The notes below the pieces were generated by a model. That model was not told the DNA's origin. It saw only the letters and a list, made by a program, of their open reading frames with translations, and did no database searches. A stretch of 64,000 nt of DNA from Craspedostauros australis. Its lineage: Eukaryota. Positions 8,291 through 20,534 of the stretch are shown here, piece by piece. Location of the stretch: NCBI GenBank assembly GCA_030167865.1, contig JALAGF010005569.1, positions 1-64,000 of the forward strand, in the 5' to 3' direction. The translations under genes were made by a program, and so were the position numbers. Numbering within the stretch: position 1 is the stretch's first letter; the number at the start of each line of letters is the position of its first letter.

Positions 8291-11200
8291 ATGAGCGAGG
8301 GCGCCAACCGTTCTTGGAGGGGCATTGGCATCGCCCCATCCCCAAGCTCTGCGCCCATGCTGTCGTTGCCTGCCGGTACCACTTCTGGATCCTTCATGCC
8401 CCCGCAGGTCCTTGGAGTTTCAGGACCGCCTCAGGTTGCCGACAATCGCAATAGCAACAGCAACAAAACTGCTTCGGACGCATCGTCTCCGCAGCGCAAC
8501 GCGGACAATGCCTCTTCTGCACAAGTGGAGACCGTGGAGACTGCGGCACCAACACCCAGCAAGCCAGGACGGTCTCCCACCACACCCACGCAGGCACGAT
8601 CACGGTCGCAGCCGCCCACTAAGGTCCAGTCGCAATCGCCAAATGCTGCCGGTGCCAAAGCGACGCAGAGGAATGTTGTGCAGACCAAACCAAGGCTGGC
8701 ACACCGCCGATCGCAGCAGCTGCTCAAGCATGTCTCCAACGAGCAGAAGGCCATTGCGGCGGATCTGGTTGCGAAGGTCAAGTCAGACTCCAGATCGAAC
8801 CCCAAGAGCCACAGCGGCACAAGCATTGATGGCTCCGTGCCAGAGTCTGCCTCCCAGTCCATGTCGGCTCTTCCGGAATTCGACGCAGGCAACGATTCCA
8901 GCAGACGCGGACATCGCAGTCGGCTGCGTCATCGTAGTCATCCTGCGCTGTGCTCCTTCTCGCAAGGCATTCAACCCTTGGCGTTGCAGACGGCAGCCGC
9001 TGAGGCGAACACGGGCATGACTTCGACCATGAACGCAGACGCGGATATCCATAATGACGTTTTTCTTGCGTCCGGACGCATTCTCTACGTAGCTTGCGTC
9101 CGGACGCAAATTGAACGCTCAGTTTGCGTCCGGACGCAAATTGGGCCAATTTGCGTGGGGACGCAAATGCAAGCTCGCCGAAAATGCCACTTGTACTACT
9201 TAAGTCCCATGTTCCTCCACGATGTCCCGTGTTGCAGAAAAAAAACCCGATTTCGGTCCGAAACCCGAAAGTGGGCTGTTTTTTTTCTGACTCCTTCGAG
9301 TAACGCATTTATTTGGCGATTTCAAAAAAAAAAAACCTCGCGATGCAACACGGCGTCATTGGNNNNNNNNNNNNNNNNNNNNNNNNNNNNNNNNNNNNNN
9401 NNNNNNNNNNNNGTTCCTTTCCGTGCGCCTGTCTTGCTTTTCTGACGTCATGGGATCTAAGGTAATGATCTTTTACTTTTTGATTTCGATGTCATCGACC
9501 ACGATCCTGACAACAACACCAAAATCCTGGCAACGGTGTAACACAACAAGGAGGGTTGGGCACGAATCATGATTTTTTTGTTCAATTACCACAACTTTAG
9601 CGATTATTATAGATTTAACACATGAGTCATGTCGTGAGTCGAGATGGCCAGCGCAAGAGGATCAAAACAAAAAACGGGTTTTCGTAAAGCGTATTTGGGC
9701 TAGTCCTTTCAGTCGCCGCTTGCGTCCGGACGCAAATTGGCCCAATTTGCGTGGGGACGCAAACTGAGCGTCCAATTTGCGTCCGGACACAAGCTACGTA
9801 GGCCAGTACCAGGCCAAAATCATTATGGATATCGGCATGGATGAGTCAACCGGTGTGGATCTGGATGTGGCAGCAGAAGCGTACGCTGCCAACCGAGTGG
9901 CAACTGAAGCGAATGCAGAAGGTGCCGCCACCAACGCACGTGGGACAACGAATGGCAGAGCATTGCCCACAATCTTCGATGCCACCATGTTGACGATGAT
10001 GAATCACAACGGAATGGAGGTGGTCTTCGCCATTGTTCAGCAGGTGCCACCCGGGGACACCGCCTCCGTCAACTCTCCTGCCAAGCACCAACGTCGGAAC
10101 TACGAGCTCAGTGAACCCCCTGTCCTGCTGGTGGTCGATGCCCGCGACTACTTCGTCATCCAACGATTGGACATGATCCCACCACAACGCAACAGAGCAA
10201 ATACCAATGCCAACGTCAATGTCAACCTCACGATCCCAACGTTTGCGCCGGTTGTGAGTCTCACAGCCCATCCCGATTCTGGGACGGTCGTTGTTGTGCA
10301 GCAGGATGGAACACTGACCACCTTCACACCCCAGCGGACATGCTCACCACAGTATCCCGATCAGCAACCAAACGCGACATCTCTTGTCGCACCAACGGCT
10401 CTTCCTGATGGTCACAGCAGTAACACGGGTGCAACCAGCCCTGCGACCATCCCGGCAATGCACGGCAAATACAACTGGAGGCCAACCTGTCAGAACGATC
10501 TAAACCACGTCTTCGTCGCGGAGGAGGAGGAGGAAGGAGAGGAAGACGACCAAGCCAACGGGGCGCATTGGAGATTCATGGACCGTCGATATTCGAAAGT
10601 TGACTCACCCGCAGATTCACACTTCTCCTGCGTGGATGTGTCGCAGTCTCAACAGAAGTGCTTCCTGGTGTCACACGGCAGCCAGATTGCCTTGTTCGAC
10701 GGACTTTTGGAACCACCCTGCCAGCCAAACCCAGCAGCCACATCCTCAACGTCAACGTCAGTGCCACTATCGCCAACCGCTTCGTCACGATCCAACCGCC
10801 TCCCCACCGCCAAACTCATTTGGACCACCATGTGCTCATCTCGCATCTTGACAGCCAAGCTCTCCGGCGACGGCAGAAGCATCGTCGCCGTCCTCGAGGA
10901 GGACAACCAACCCGCACCCACAGACCCAACAGCTGTCAATCAAAACTACGAGTATAGCACAGAACAGGCTTTCGATGACGATGTACATTCCATGGAGGAG
11001 ATCGATCAAGGAATGCAACCCAACCAGAAGTTTGGATGCAGGACGTTCATTCACGATCTCGATGATGGATTTGCGTATGATGTGGCGCACAACTCCGTGA
11101 CCAACCTTTCGGTTGGAGATGACAACGATGCGCAGTCGCAAATGACAGGCCAAGTGACAAAAGCAGGAGCAACGTCAATCGATCAACTCCATCGCTCCAA

Positions 11201-14200
11201 CCTCGAGAGAGCAAGTTCTGTCGGCCGCGTGTACAAATCGGGACCATTCCTTCCGCATTCATCGCCGGTCACCAGAATCTCATTCCGAAGCGCCGTGGGG
11301 CAAACATCTGCACATTTCCAACCCAGCAGCGCCAGCGGCACCAGCAGCGGGAGGAACACAGCGAACCACTTCCAAGATGAAGCGTACATTGGTACCGACC
11401 TTTTGCTCACGTACTGCAAAGACAGATCGACCGTGAGGATCTTCCAGCAATCTGACTGGTCGCAGTGCATGGGCTGGACGACCTCGCCCGACACGCGTGC
11501 CGACTTCGTCTCCGGCAGCGTTGCCTTCACGCTCGGCGATTTGGAACCGCTGGCACCTGCCACAAAAAATCGAAGCACGAAGAGACGGAATGGCGGCAGA
11601 TCCCTCAGCCGGCATAATTCTGGCGCTTCCGACTCCACCGGCAGCCTCGATCCAGCCCTTATCAGCCGTGCACCGAACGGAGGCCTTGGCATGGGGTCGC
11701 CGCCCACTATCGGCAGCACGAGCAACAACATACTCGCAGCGGGGGCATGGATTGCGGAGCTGACCTTCCGACATTCGTCCTTCCCGGCCCTTCGATTGTC
11801 CCGGCTGTCCTACATGCATCACAGCTCTGCTGGCAGCGGCAGGCACGGCCTCCAAACAGCTCACTTCGAATCCGTCGCGGCTATCTTGCCCTGCGAATCC
11901 TTGGACGCCGAATCCATCCTCCAAAGCGATGATCTGGGATTCTGCATCCATGGCATCTGGCCTGCGTGGAATCCATGGACGGCGACTGGGGGGTTGTTCG
12001 GCAACGCGGTTCCTCCCGAAGACCTCACCAAGACGCTCAGCGGGTCTGCCATGGCGTTTCTGGGGTTGGCTGGCAACAACGGCATCAACAGCGGCGGCAC
12101 ACCGAGCAACTTTCCGGGAGGTAGCGGTGGATTCAGTGCCGGCGGCGGCGGTCTCAGCATTCACGGCAACCCTATCGCGATGGGCGGTACCCATGCCCCA
12201 CCCAGCGAGCTCCGCATTTTCGCATCCAACCCGAACAGCGAGATAGTCACCATGGAATTCCCACTTTGGGGCGATGAAGAATTTGGCAGTATGGAGCTGG
12301 GGAGCCCGTTGAGGCATGTCCTAAACCTCGCGGAAACTGCCGAAGTCAACACTCGACCGGCAGCAACGGAGTTGGTGTTGGCAACGTCAGCCATGACAAA
12401 CAGTGGAACCATGCCTGCCATTGCATTTCCAACTCCTGCTGCTGCTGCTGCTGCTGGTGGTCCAGTTTCCATGAAACACGAATCATCTCGTCTGTGTGCA
12501 CAGATCGATCCATTCGAACAACGTTCCATCCATCTCACATGGCGTCGCCAGGGTGGCATCGTGCTGCATTCGCCTGATTGGGACCAGCAGGCGCCGCCCG
12601 AAGAAAATGCTCTTGTTGCGCACAAGGACGACCCACGCCCCAACACACCTTTGGTGCTCCAGGACTGGACCAAAACGCCGATCCCTCTCTCCTTGCCATC
12701 GCTGGAGCTCCCGGATATCCTACCGCCCTTTCAGACGGCTACGACGGTGTCGAAAAAGCAGCTCGATGTCATTATTGCGTTATCGTGGTTTGCTGACGAC
12801 TCCTTCGGTTGTCCGCCAGTTCTCCTCGCTTTGATGTCGTCGGGGAACTGCGTGCTCTTCGAAATCCCACCGCCCATCTTCGCGCTGGAGCCCAACACTC
12901 CGTCGTACGATCCCTTGTCTGGCAACTCCGTCAACAGCGCTGGAAGTACCGGCAGTGGACCCAACAGCCCCGGCAACTTCAATGCCATGGGAGGTCAAAT
13001 CGGACCAACGATGAGTGAAATGGACAGCGACGTCGATGACGAATCCGATCACTACGACGAGCATGAGGCGTACACCGTCATGGTGACGCCTCATCCGGAC
13101 TTTGGTCTTGGTCTGCGGCTGGAATCGCCGATGGATGGAATGCCAGCCGTCGCGGGGTCCTTCAAGAAGAACCCGTTGAATGATGGCATGCTGCCAGTGG
13201 AGAAGACCGGTATGATCATGCTTGGCGATGAACTGTTGAGCGTGAACGGGGTTTCGTTGGAGAACATGACATTTGATGATATCATCGGAACGGTGCGACA
13301 TGTCGGAGCAGAGTCAGGACCAGGGGAAGCACTGCGATTACAGTTCCGACCGTCCCAACCGCGTCCCCGGCGCAGCAGCATGCAGTTGGCAAGCCTGGCA
13401 TTTGCAGAAGCTCCTTCGGTGGATGCGGAAGATCGCAACAATGATAACAGAAACAATCACGGCGCAGATTTCGCCTCGGATGTTCCGAAGAAGCTAAAAT
13501 CGCCAGGCCGAACATCGACCACGGGTAGCAGCAACGACAACTCCAACCGTAGGTCGATGGAACAGATCCTCGGCGTGCCACCAAGCAAGGTCGCACATGG
13601 CCGACCGAGCGGCCATCGGCGCCATGCCAGCGATGGCGGCAACAGTCTCATCAGCTACATACAAAGTCAGCCGATCAGCGAATTCCACCAGCAATTTGGG
13701 CGCGTCCTGATGGAAACCAAGACCAAGCTTCCCCACGGATTCCTTTCGAGCGATGCATCCACAGTGCAGCAGCGCTTCCTCGTGATTCCTACAGCTCCCA
13801 AAGATGATGCCGATGGACCACCTGTTGTCAGCGGACTCGTCATCGTCGCGTCGAGACGTACTCTGCACGTGAAGCATCTGATCTCGCACCTGGACGGTAA
13901 TGATGATCTCCACTCGACCGGATCGTTGATAGATTTGGGTGTTTACGAGATCGAAGAACCGACATTAGAGGAGGGTGATGGCGATGGCGACGGCCACAAG
14001 GAGGTGAATGTGCGCATTCAATCCATTCAAAGCGTGTCATCGACGGGCGATACGTATTGCTTGTTGGTGACGGACAATATCAGTCGATCCTTCTTTGTTT
14101 TCATCGACTTCGACATGAGCACACACGCGAACCCAAACGTGGACGTGGACGAGAGAATTGCCAACCAATCTAAGCCATCCGCCACAATGCGTGGATATCC

Positions 14201-17200
14201 CGCCTTCACTACTCGCGCCAGCACAGAGGCAGGACAAGAACTGCGATCTGCTAAATGTGGTTCGTTGGGAACAATTGCAACGCTGAACGCGTCAGGGCAA
14301 CTGCAGGTATGGACTGCACGACCAGATCCGGCAGCGACCGAAGGCGCACCTGGCAAGCTTCAGAACGAGTACCTGCACAAGGACTACGTCATGGAAACGA
14401 TTCTCTTGCCAGATACCAGCACGGAGGCCGTTGATTTTGCATTCCCGCCCATGGGCACGCTGGATGCGCATGCCAGCCTCGTGGTGTTCACCAGCCACGA
14501 AGCCATACTGTACCAACGAAGAGGATCGAGCAAGTCCTACAGCTGCGTGCTGCAGGTTAAGTACACCTCGACATTGAATGAGCCAGCCATTGGCGCGGCG
14601 ACAAAAACAAGAGACTCCGAAGAGATGCCGTCTCTTCATCGCGTCAATCCGCAAGACGCCTTCCCTCACATCATGAACGCCATCATCGCGGCAATCGATT
14701 CCTACGACGAGCAACACTTTCATTTGCCAGATTGGTCACCGGAATCACTCCTGGCCCATTTGTGCACGATGGAACAAGGTGCCAAGCTCGCATTGGATCG
14801 ACACGTCAAGGCAGTCTTACTGTGGCTCGCAAATCGCATCAATGACCGGCCGATGGACAATGCCATCGATGCCAAGTTGCCGTTGCACGTGTGTCCATTC
14901 GACGAGATAGGCGGAGTTCTGCTGTTGGAAGCAGCGACGGAGGACGAAAAGGCAGATTCCTCTGGCGACGACGCTACGGCTCTGTTGGCCACAATCACGA
15001 CCGCAGCTGATGCTAGCGATGGCGCCAACAGCGATGAGACGAAGGTGTTCAAGGAGACCGTGGAACGATTGAAAACCGTCCTGGCGAAGCCTCGTAAATT
15101 CAAAAGCAGCAACAAGAAATCGTCCTTGCACTGGTCGAGTTCATCTGGATTGGGAGCCTCCATCCTTTCGGCTTCGAAGTCGGCGCACGATGATACACTG
15201 CCTCCCATACTAAAGATGATGGGTCCGGATGAGCTCCGTGTTCTTTGGGCACTCTGCGATTTCAGTCTGAAGTCGCCAAACAACAGCCAGCTCGATGTCC
15301 CTGGTCAGCTGGCCACGACCATTCACGCTCTCCATGAATCGTTGCAGCAGGCACCCGAGATTGAAAAAATAGACGAGTCCGCTGACAGTCGATGGGATGC
15401 CGTCTCGGGCCATGCCTTCCAGGTGCGACGAGCGTTGAGCAGCATTTCGGAGGCGAATGCCAAGCCCGCTGGCAACGCGTCAGCCGGGTGTCTCGGAGCC
15501 TTGCTCAGCGACTGCCAGACCAAGCTGATTGACGATTTCCGCCCGAAAGGTGGCAAGCTCGGATGGGAGCAAGCCCGGTCGCTGAAAATGCCGTTCTGGA
15601 TCCGATCAGACGACAAGCTGCGGGAGATCTGCGAAGAAATCGGGCAGCACACGTATCGGGAAACACGCGACATCATGAAGTCGGCTCTCTTCCTGATTGC
15701 CGCAGGCAAATTGCGGACGTTGCGAAACCTTGCGGCGGCAGATCATACCATGACGGGAAAGAAGTTCTTCAAGTTCGTGACAGGTTACGACTTCTCCTCC
15801 GAGCGAGGCAGACGTGCTGCTGAGAAGAACGCCTTCAGTTTGCTGCGTAAGAACCAGTACGAACCGGCTGCGGCTTTCTTTTTGCTCGCTCAGCCGCCGA
15901 TTCTCAAGTCGGCGGTGGAAACAATCGCGACCAAATTGAATGATCTGAGCCTGGCGTTCCTCGTGGCTCGACTGGTCACGAAGGAATCCACTTCGAAGAG
16001 CGGGCCTGGGATGGGTGGAGGCTCTGCCTTCCCTTCGAGCTTTGGTGGTTTCGGTGGAGGTGGTGGTTATGCCGCCTCCGAAGCCATCGTGAAGAAGGAA
16101 GTCGTTGCAGACAAGGAGAAATTCTGCGATTGGAAGCCCAGGCTCACGAAGATCGCACGAGACGTTCTCCAAGATCGAGGACTGCCAGGCACGACGGACG
16201 ATTCCTGCCTGTCTGCGATCCAATGTCTGTGGTTGGGACAGAGACACGACGCCGCCAACTGGCTGTCCAATCTGTTTGGTTCGGAATCACACACTGTCGC
16301 AAACTTCGTAGCAAGTGCTTCACTCCCACGCATCAAATCTGCCGAGAGAGTGAAGAATGATAAACATCGAGCAATGCGAAGCATGAATGCACTCATCAAC
16401 TTTATCGCGGGACCTCTGCTGCTAAAGATGATGGGCACGTCGCGCAAGGCGCTGTTGTCGTCATCCTTGACGGTTGCGACAAGCCTGATGCACGCAGGCA
16501 TAGACCTTCCGTCCATCCGATGTTTGGTGCAAGGGTTCCAAGAATCCGAGGAGGAAGAGAAGGAGCATGTTGAAGAAGATGCTGAAAAGAGCTCAAAGGC
16601 CGCAGCAGCAGGTACTGGCAGCGGCGCAGCGACGTCATCGATCTTCGATTCATTTGATGCTCCGCGACCTGCGAACCAGCAGCCTGGTGCCACGAGCGGC
16701 ACTTCGAGCGGGATGGTGTCGTCTTCTATCTTTGATAGTTTCGATGCACCCAAACCCAAGCCTGCGACAGCCCAGTCCTCCATCTTTGACAGCTTCGACG
16801 CCGCACCGCCCAAGCCTGCAAAGGCTCCTGCACCAGCGCCCAGTTCGGGACAAATGGCATCTTCAATCTTCGACAGCTTCGATACGGCACCGCCTCCTCG
16901 CAAACCAGCACCTGCTCCAGCCCCAGCAGCTCATTCAGGACAAATGGCATCGTCCATCTTTGACAGTTTCGATGCGGCACCACCACATCGCAAGCCGGTA
17001 CCGGCTCCTACACCGGCATCCATCTTTGATGCGTACGATGTCAATCCCCAAGAAGCCACCAAGCCAAAATCAATGCTGGAACAATTTGGTGGCCCCCCAT
17101 CTGCGAACAACGCATCGAAGGCATCGGATCAGCACCAGAAAGGACCGACACCCAATCCAGTCTCACCGTTGGACTTTGTTGACCTCGATGAAGTGAACGA

Positions 17201-20200
17201 GGGCGTAGCAGAGCTTGTGCACCTGGAAGTTCCAGAGTTGTGGATGCAGTGGCAACAAGAAACGTTGCTGGAAGTTGCTGCTCGTCGTGTGGTGCGAGAA
17301 GTTGCCACGATTACGAGTACCTTCCACGGAGATACATTCTTTCCAGATACCTCGGCCTGTGATACTGGGCTGGGAATCCTCGTTCCGAGACATGCCTCGC
17401 AGGTGCTTCAATTCGATTGCAACGGAGATGACATCCTCGACGACATCAATGCATGCTTGGATGGCATATCGACAGTTAGTGGTCTCGATCGCAACCATGT
17501 CGGATGCAAGGCTGTTGACTTGATCAGAGGATGCGGCAGGACGAACCGATTGATGATATCCGTGCTGCTTCAGCTCGCCATCGGCCAAACAGAGGTGGTC
17601 GAAGATACCATCCGGCATGCGAGTTCGTCTCTGATTCAAGATTGCCAGTCCGTCAGCTTGACGAACGATCGCCTGTCGGAGAAGCAGCCAACACTCGGCA
17701 GAGATGCGACGCTGCACTCCCGACGGCAGGCGGCCAATATGAGCTGGCAGCTCGAGCTCTGCCTTTGGCTGCATCGAAGCGGCGTCTTCCCTCTCACTGG
17801 TATTGCGCTGAGCGAAATGATTGCCGCGACGAGGATTGGCATGATCATCGCCAGCTGGAACAAGGACTTTGATTGCATGCAGACGATGATCAAGTACGAG
17901 CCAGATTGCCTTGTGGATGAGCTCGCCGGACGGCAGCTCTGGGGCAGCCTCAAAATGATTCCTAAAGATACCGACAAGGACAAGAGTTCAGGCGGCAACA
18001 ACCATGGTGGCGGTTGGGAGTTCCTGGTGGACTGCCGCCGCGCCGAAGCGACCAAGCTCCTCAAGTCAAAGCAGACAGGGCGTTTCATTCTCCGCCCGCA
18101 TGCTGAGGAACACGGCGTGTTCACCTTGAGCTTCAAGACGAACCTTGCTCCTGCGGATGACGTTGTGCAGCACGCCATCATTCGACTATCGGACACCGGA
18201 TTCCGTTGCGGCTCGTTCGGTCCATTCGCGACGTTGATGAAGCTGCTTGAGGCGGTATCAGCATCCCTGCCGTTTGATCTGCGATTCGACCTACCGCCAA
18301 CGGAGGATATGTTGAACGAGGAAAAGCTCAAGCCATCACCCAACGCAACATTCTTCCGTAAGTTTGGCCTGATGCGTTCGAAGCAACTGAAGGCTGGCAA
18401 CACGCCCGACGGCCCTGCTGGTTTGCTCAATCTTGACGAGGGTGATGAAGAAGCGCAAGGCAGCGATGACACTGGCGACAATGCCAATGTTAATATCAAT
18501 GCACATGCAAATGCAAATTCCAACGCTGATGCACCCATCGAATCACCAAATCCCGAGGTTGCTGTACAAGCGAAGAAGGACAACGCGCAGCGTGCAAAGC
18601 AGTTCGGTCTCTTCCTCGAACTCTTGGTACTTACGAAGTTCCGCACTCAGCTCAGCGGCATCGTCTCGGCAAGATACGAGGACACAGAGCAGGGCCACGA
18701 TCTCTTCGCCAACTCGGAGGATATGTACTCCATCGGAAGTCTGTCGGATGACTTGCACAAAAATTCGGTAGCACTGCAGTACTCCGTGGCGGTCAGAATG
18801 CTCCGCCCTTTCCTAAACTGGTGCAGACGGCTGGAGCTTGATGTTCTCACATCTTTGTCACCAGATGTTGCCGACACCGTGGCGGCACCCCTGACAATCC
18901 CAATCGCGTTCAAGGCGTCGGAGACCGCCATCGAGATATCGCCAGCCGAGATCTCCACCGTCGTAAGTGCGGGAGACAAGGTCATCCGTCAGATGATCAA
19001 GCGAGGTTCGGGGGTGCAGTTCCGCACCATGCGCTTGGGCGATGGCAACGACAGCGCGATGGTAGTGCTGTTCAGCAAGCGCGAAGCGATGGAGTGGTTG
19101 GTGGAAAGCGGCACGGAGAAATCCACCCGCGACGCCTTCAATCGGTTGAGGCAGATGGAGATCAGCCGCGTCATCGAGGCAATCGATTTCAAGCAGCTTG
19201 CGCCGAAACTGTACAAGGACAGCGTCAGCAATGCTAAGGAGAAACAGAATGCGCAGGCTGAAGCAACCGCAGATGCAAGCACAGGCGCGGTCAGATCCAT
19301 CGAGGACACCGAGGGCATTCGGTACCGTATCGTCGATCCATGGGAGGTGGAACCACTGCGCAGCAGAGAGGCCGAGACGCTGGGCGCGTCGCTGGGTCGT
19401 CACCGATTGCATGCGTTCAGCCTCGCCAAAGTGTCCGCATCCTGCAGTGATGTGTTCCGCACTTTGGGTGGCTCTAAGCTGTTGGAATTGTGGGTCGCAT
19501 GCAACGGTGGCGTGACGCTGTCAAAGGCATTGGCGTCCGCTCACCCTCCATGGGAACGTGGTCCAGGCGTGGAGCTAGCGAACTATATTGGTGGTGGGGC
19601 TGGTGGGGCTGATGGACTCACAATCCTCGAATCTCAACCATTCATGGAGAGCATCCGGCAGCACCTCTATCGCAACGCCCTGTACCGACGCCTCGGCACG
19701 CCGCAACGCTTCCTGGCATTGATCCAGGTAGAGTTGCTGGATCTGAAGAACCTGACAGCCCCAAGCGGCTCGCTGTCGTTGTCCGTCTATTCTCTGCTCC
19801 GTTTGAAGCGAAGCAGCAGCAACAGCAGCAGCTCCAAGGGATCGAAGGGCGGTGCATCATCGGGCAAGTTGCTCAGTCACAAAGCCCGCACGTTGGACAG
19901 CGTCGCAACCGCTCCAGTCCGGCTGGGCAAGACCATGAATGCCGGTCCCAACGCACCAGCATCGTGGGGAAGCTTGGTTCGATTCCGCTTCCCGCTCCCC
20001 GAATTCGTGCAGACGGATGGAGCGTCGCAGTGCAACGATCGCGAAGCACTCTTCAAAGGACCGCCGACGGTACTGCAGCTCGCAGTGTACGAAAAGAAGT
20101 TCATGAGCGATTCGCTGCTGGGTGCCGCAGACGTCAAGCTGGATGGCCTGGGCACTGATGGGCAGCTCGAGGAATGGGTGCCGCTGCAAAACGACAGCTA

Positions 20201-20534
20201 CGGCATCCATTGGTTTGCACGCATTCGACTGACACTCCGCTTCGAACTTTTGTGTCTCAACGATCCGGTCATTCCCCAACCAGGTGATGCCGATGCGAGC
20301 AGGACGCCCGTCAGCGATGGCAATGGCAACGCTGCTGCTGTTACTTCTGGTCAGGCGCAATCGAATGGGGATGGCAACGGAGGATTCGGTCATAGCGATG
20401 GTGATGAGCTGGCACCCAGTGTTGGACTCAAGCGCATTCAACAGCTGACTGACAGTGGCGGTGTCAGCGAGGACATCAAGAAGAGCGTGAGCACGCCAGA
20501 CCTGCTGAGTTACTTCGAGGGCATCGTGTACTAG
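8291..20534 (+). CDS. Rabconnectin-3alpha/DmX/RAVE Rav1-like giant protein with additional PDZ, SH2, DEP-like and C2 domains; coding sequence interrupted by an insertion at 9049-9828
   Basis: The 3585-aa ORF 9777-20534 has the Rav1_C signature (PFWIRS...DFSSERGRRAAEKNAFSLLRKNQYEPAAAFFLLA), a PDZ domain (FGLGLRL...GDELLSVNGVSLENMTFDD), an SH2 domain (WEF...RAEATKLL...GRFILRPH...FTLSF...VQHAII...GPFATLMKLL) and a C-terminal C2 domain (LQLAVYEKKFMSDSLLG...EEWVPL). The upstream ORF from ATG 8291 joins it in frame (..MNADADI|GMDEST..) when the element and one ATAT are removed. Confidence 0.88.
9049..9828. mobile_element. TIR DNA transposon / MITE-like insertion with ATAT target-site duplication
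   Basis: ATAT at 9045-9048 and at 9829-9832. Terminal IR CCATAATGA (9049-9057) / TCATTATGG (9820-9828). 82-bp subterminal IRs at 9085-9166 and 9720-9801 (6 mismatches by eye) built from TTGCGTCCGGACGCAA palindromes. AT-rich interior with an N gap. No transposase is visible. Confidence 0.9.
9363..9412. other. Assembly gap (50 N) inside the transposon-like element
   Basis: Run of 50 N; the true element length is unknown. Confidence 0.99.

Noticed and set aside
9050..9445. C-terminal part of the 408-aa ORF 8219-9445
   Set aside because: Read-through into the inserted element and N gap; no transposase motifs.
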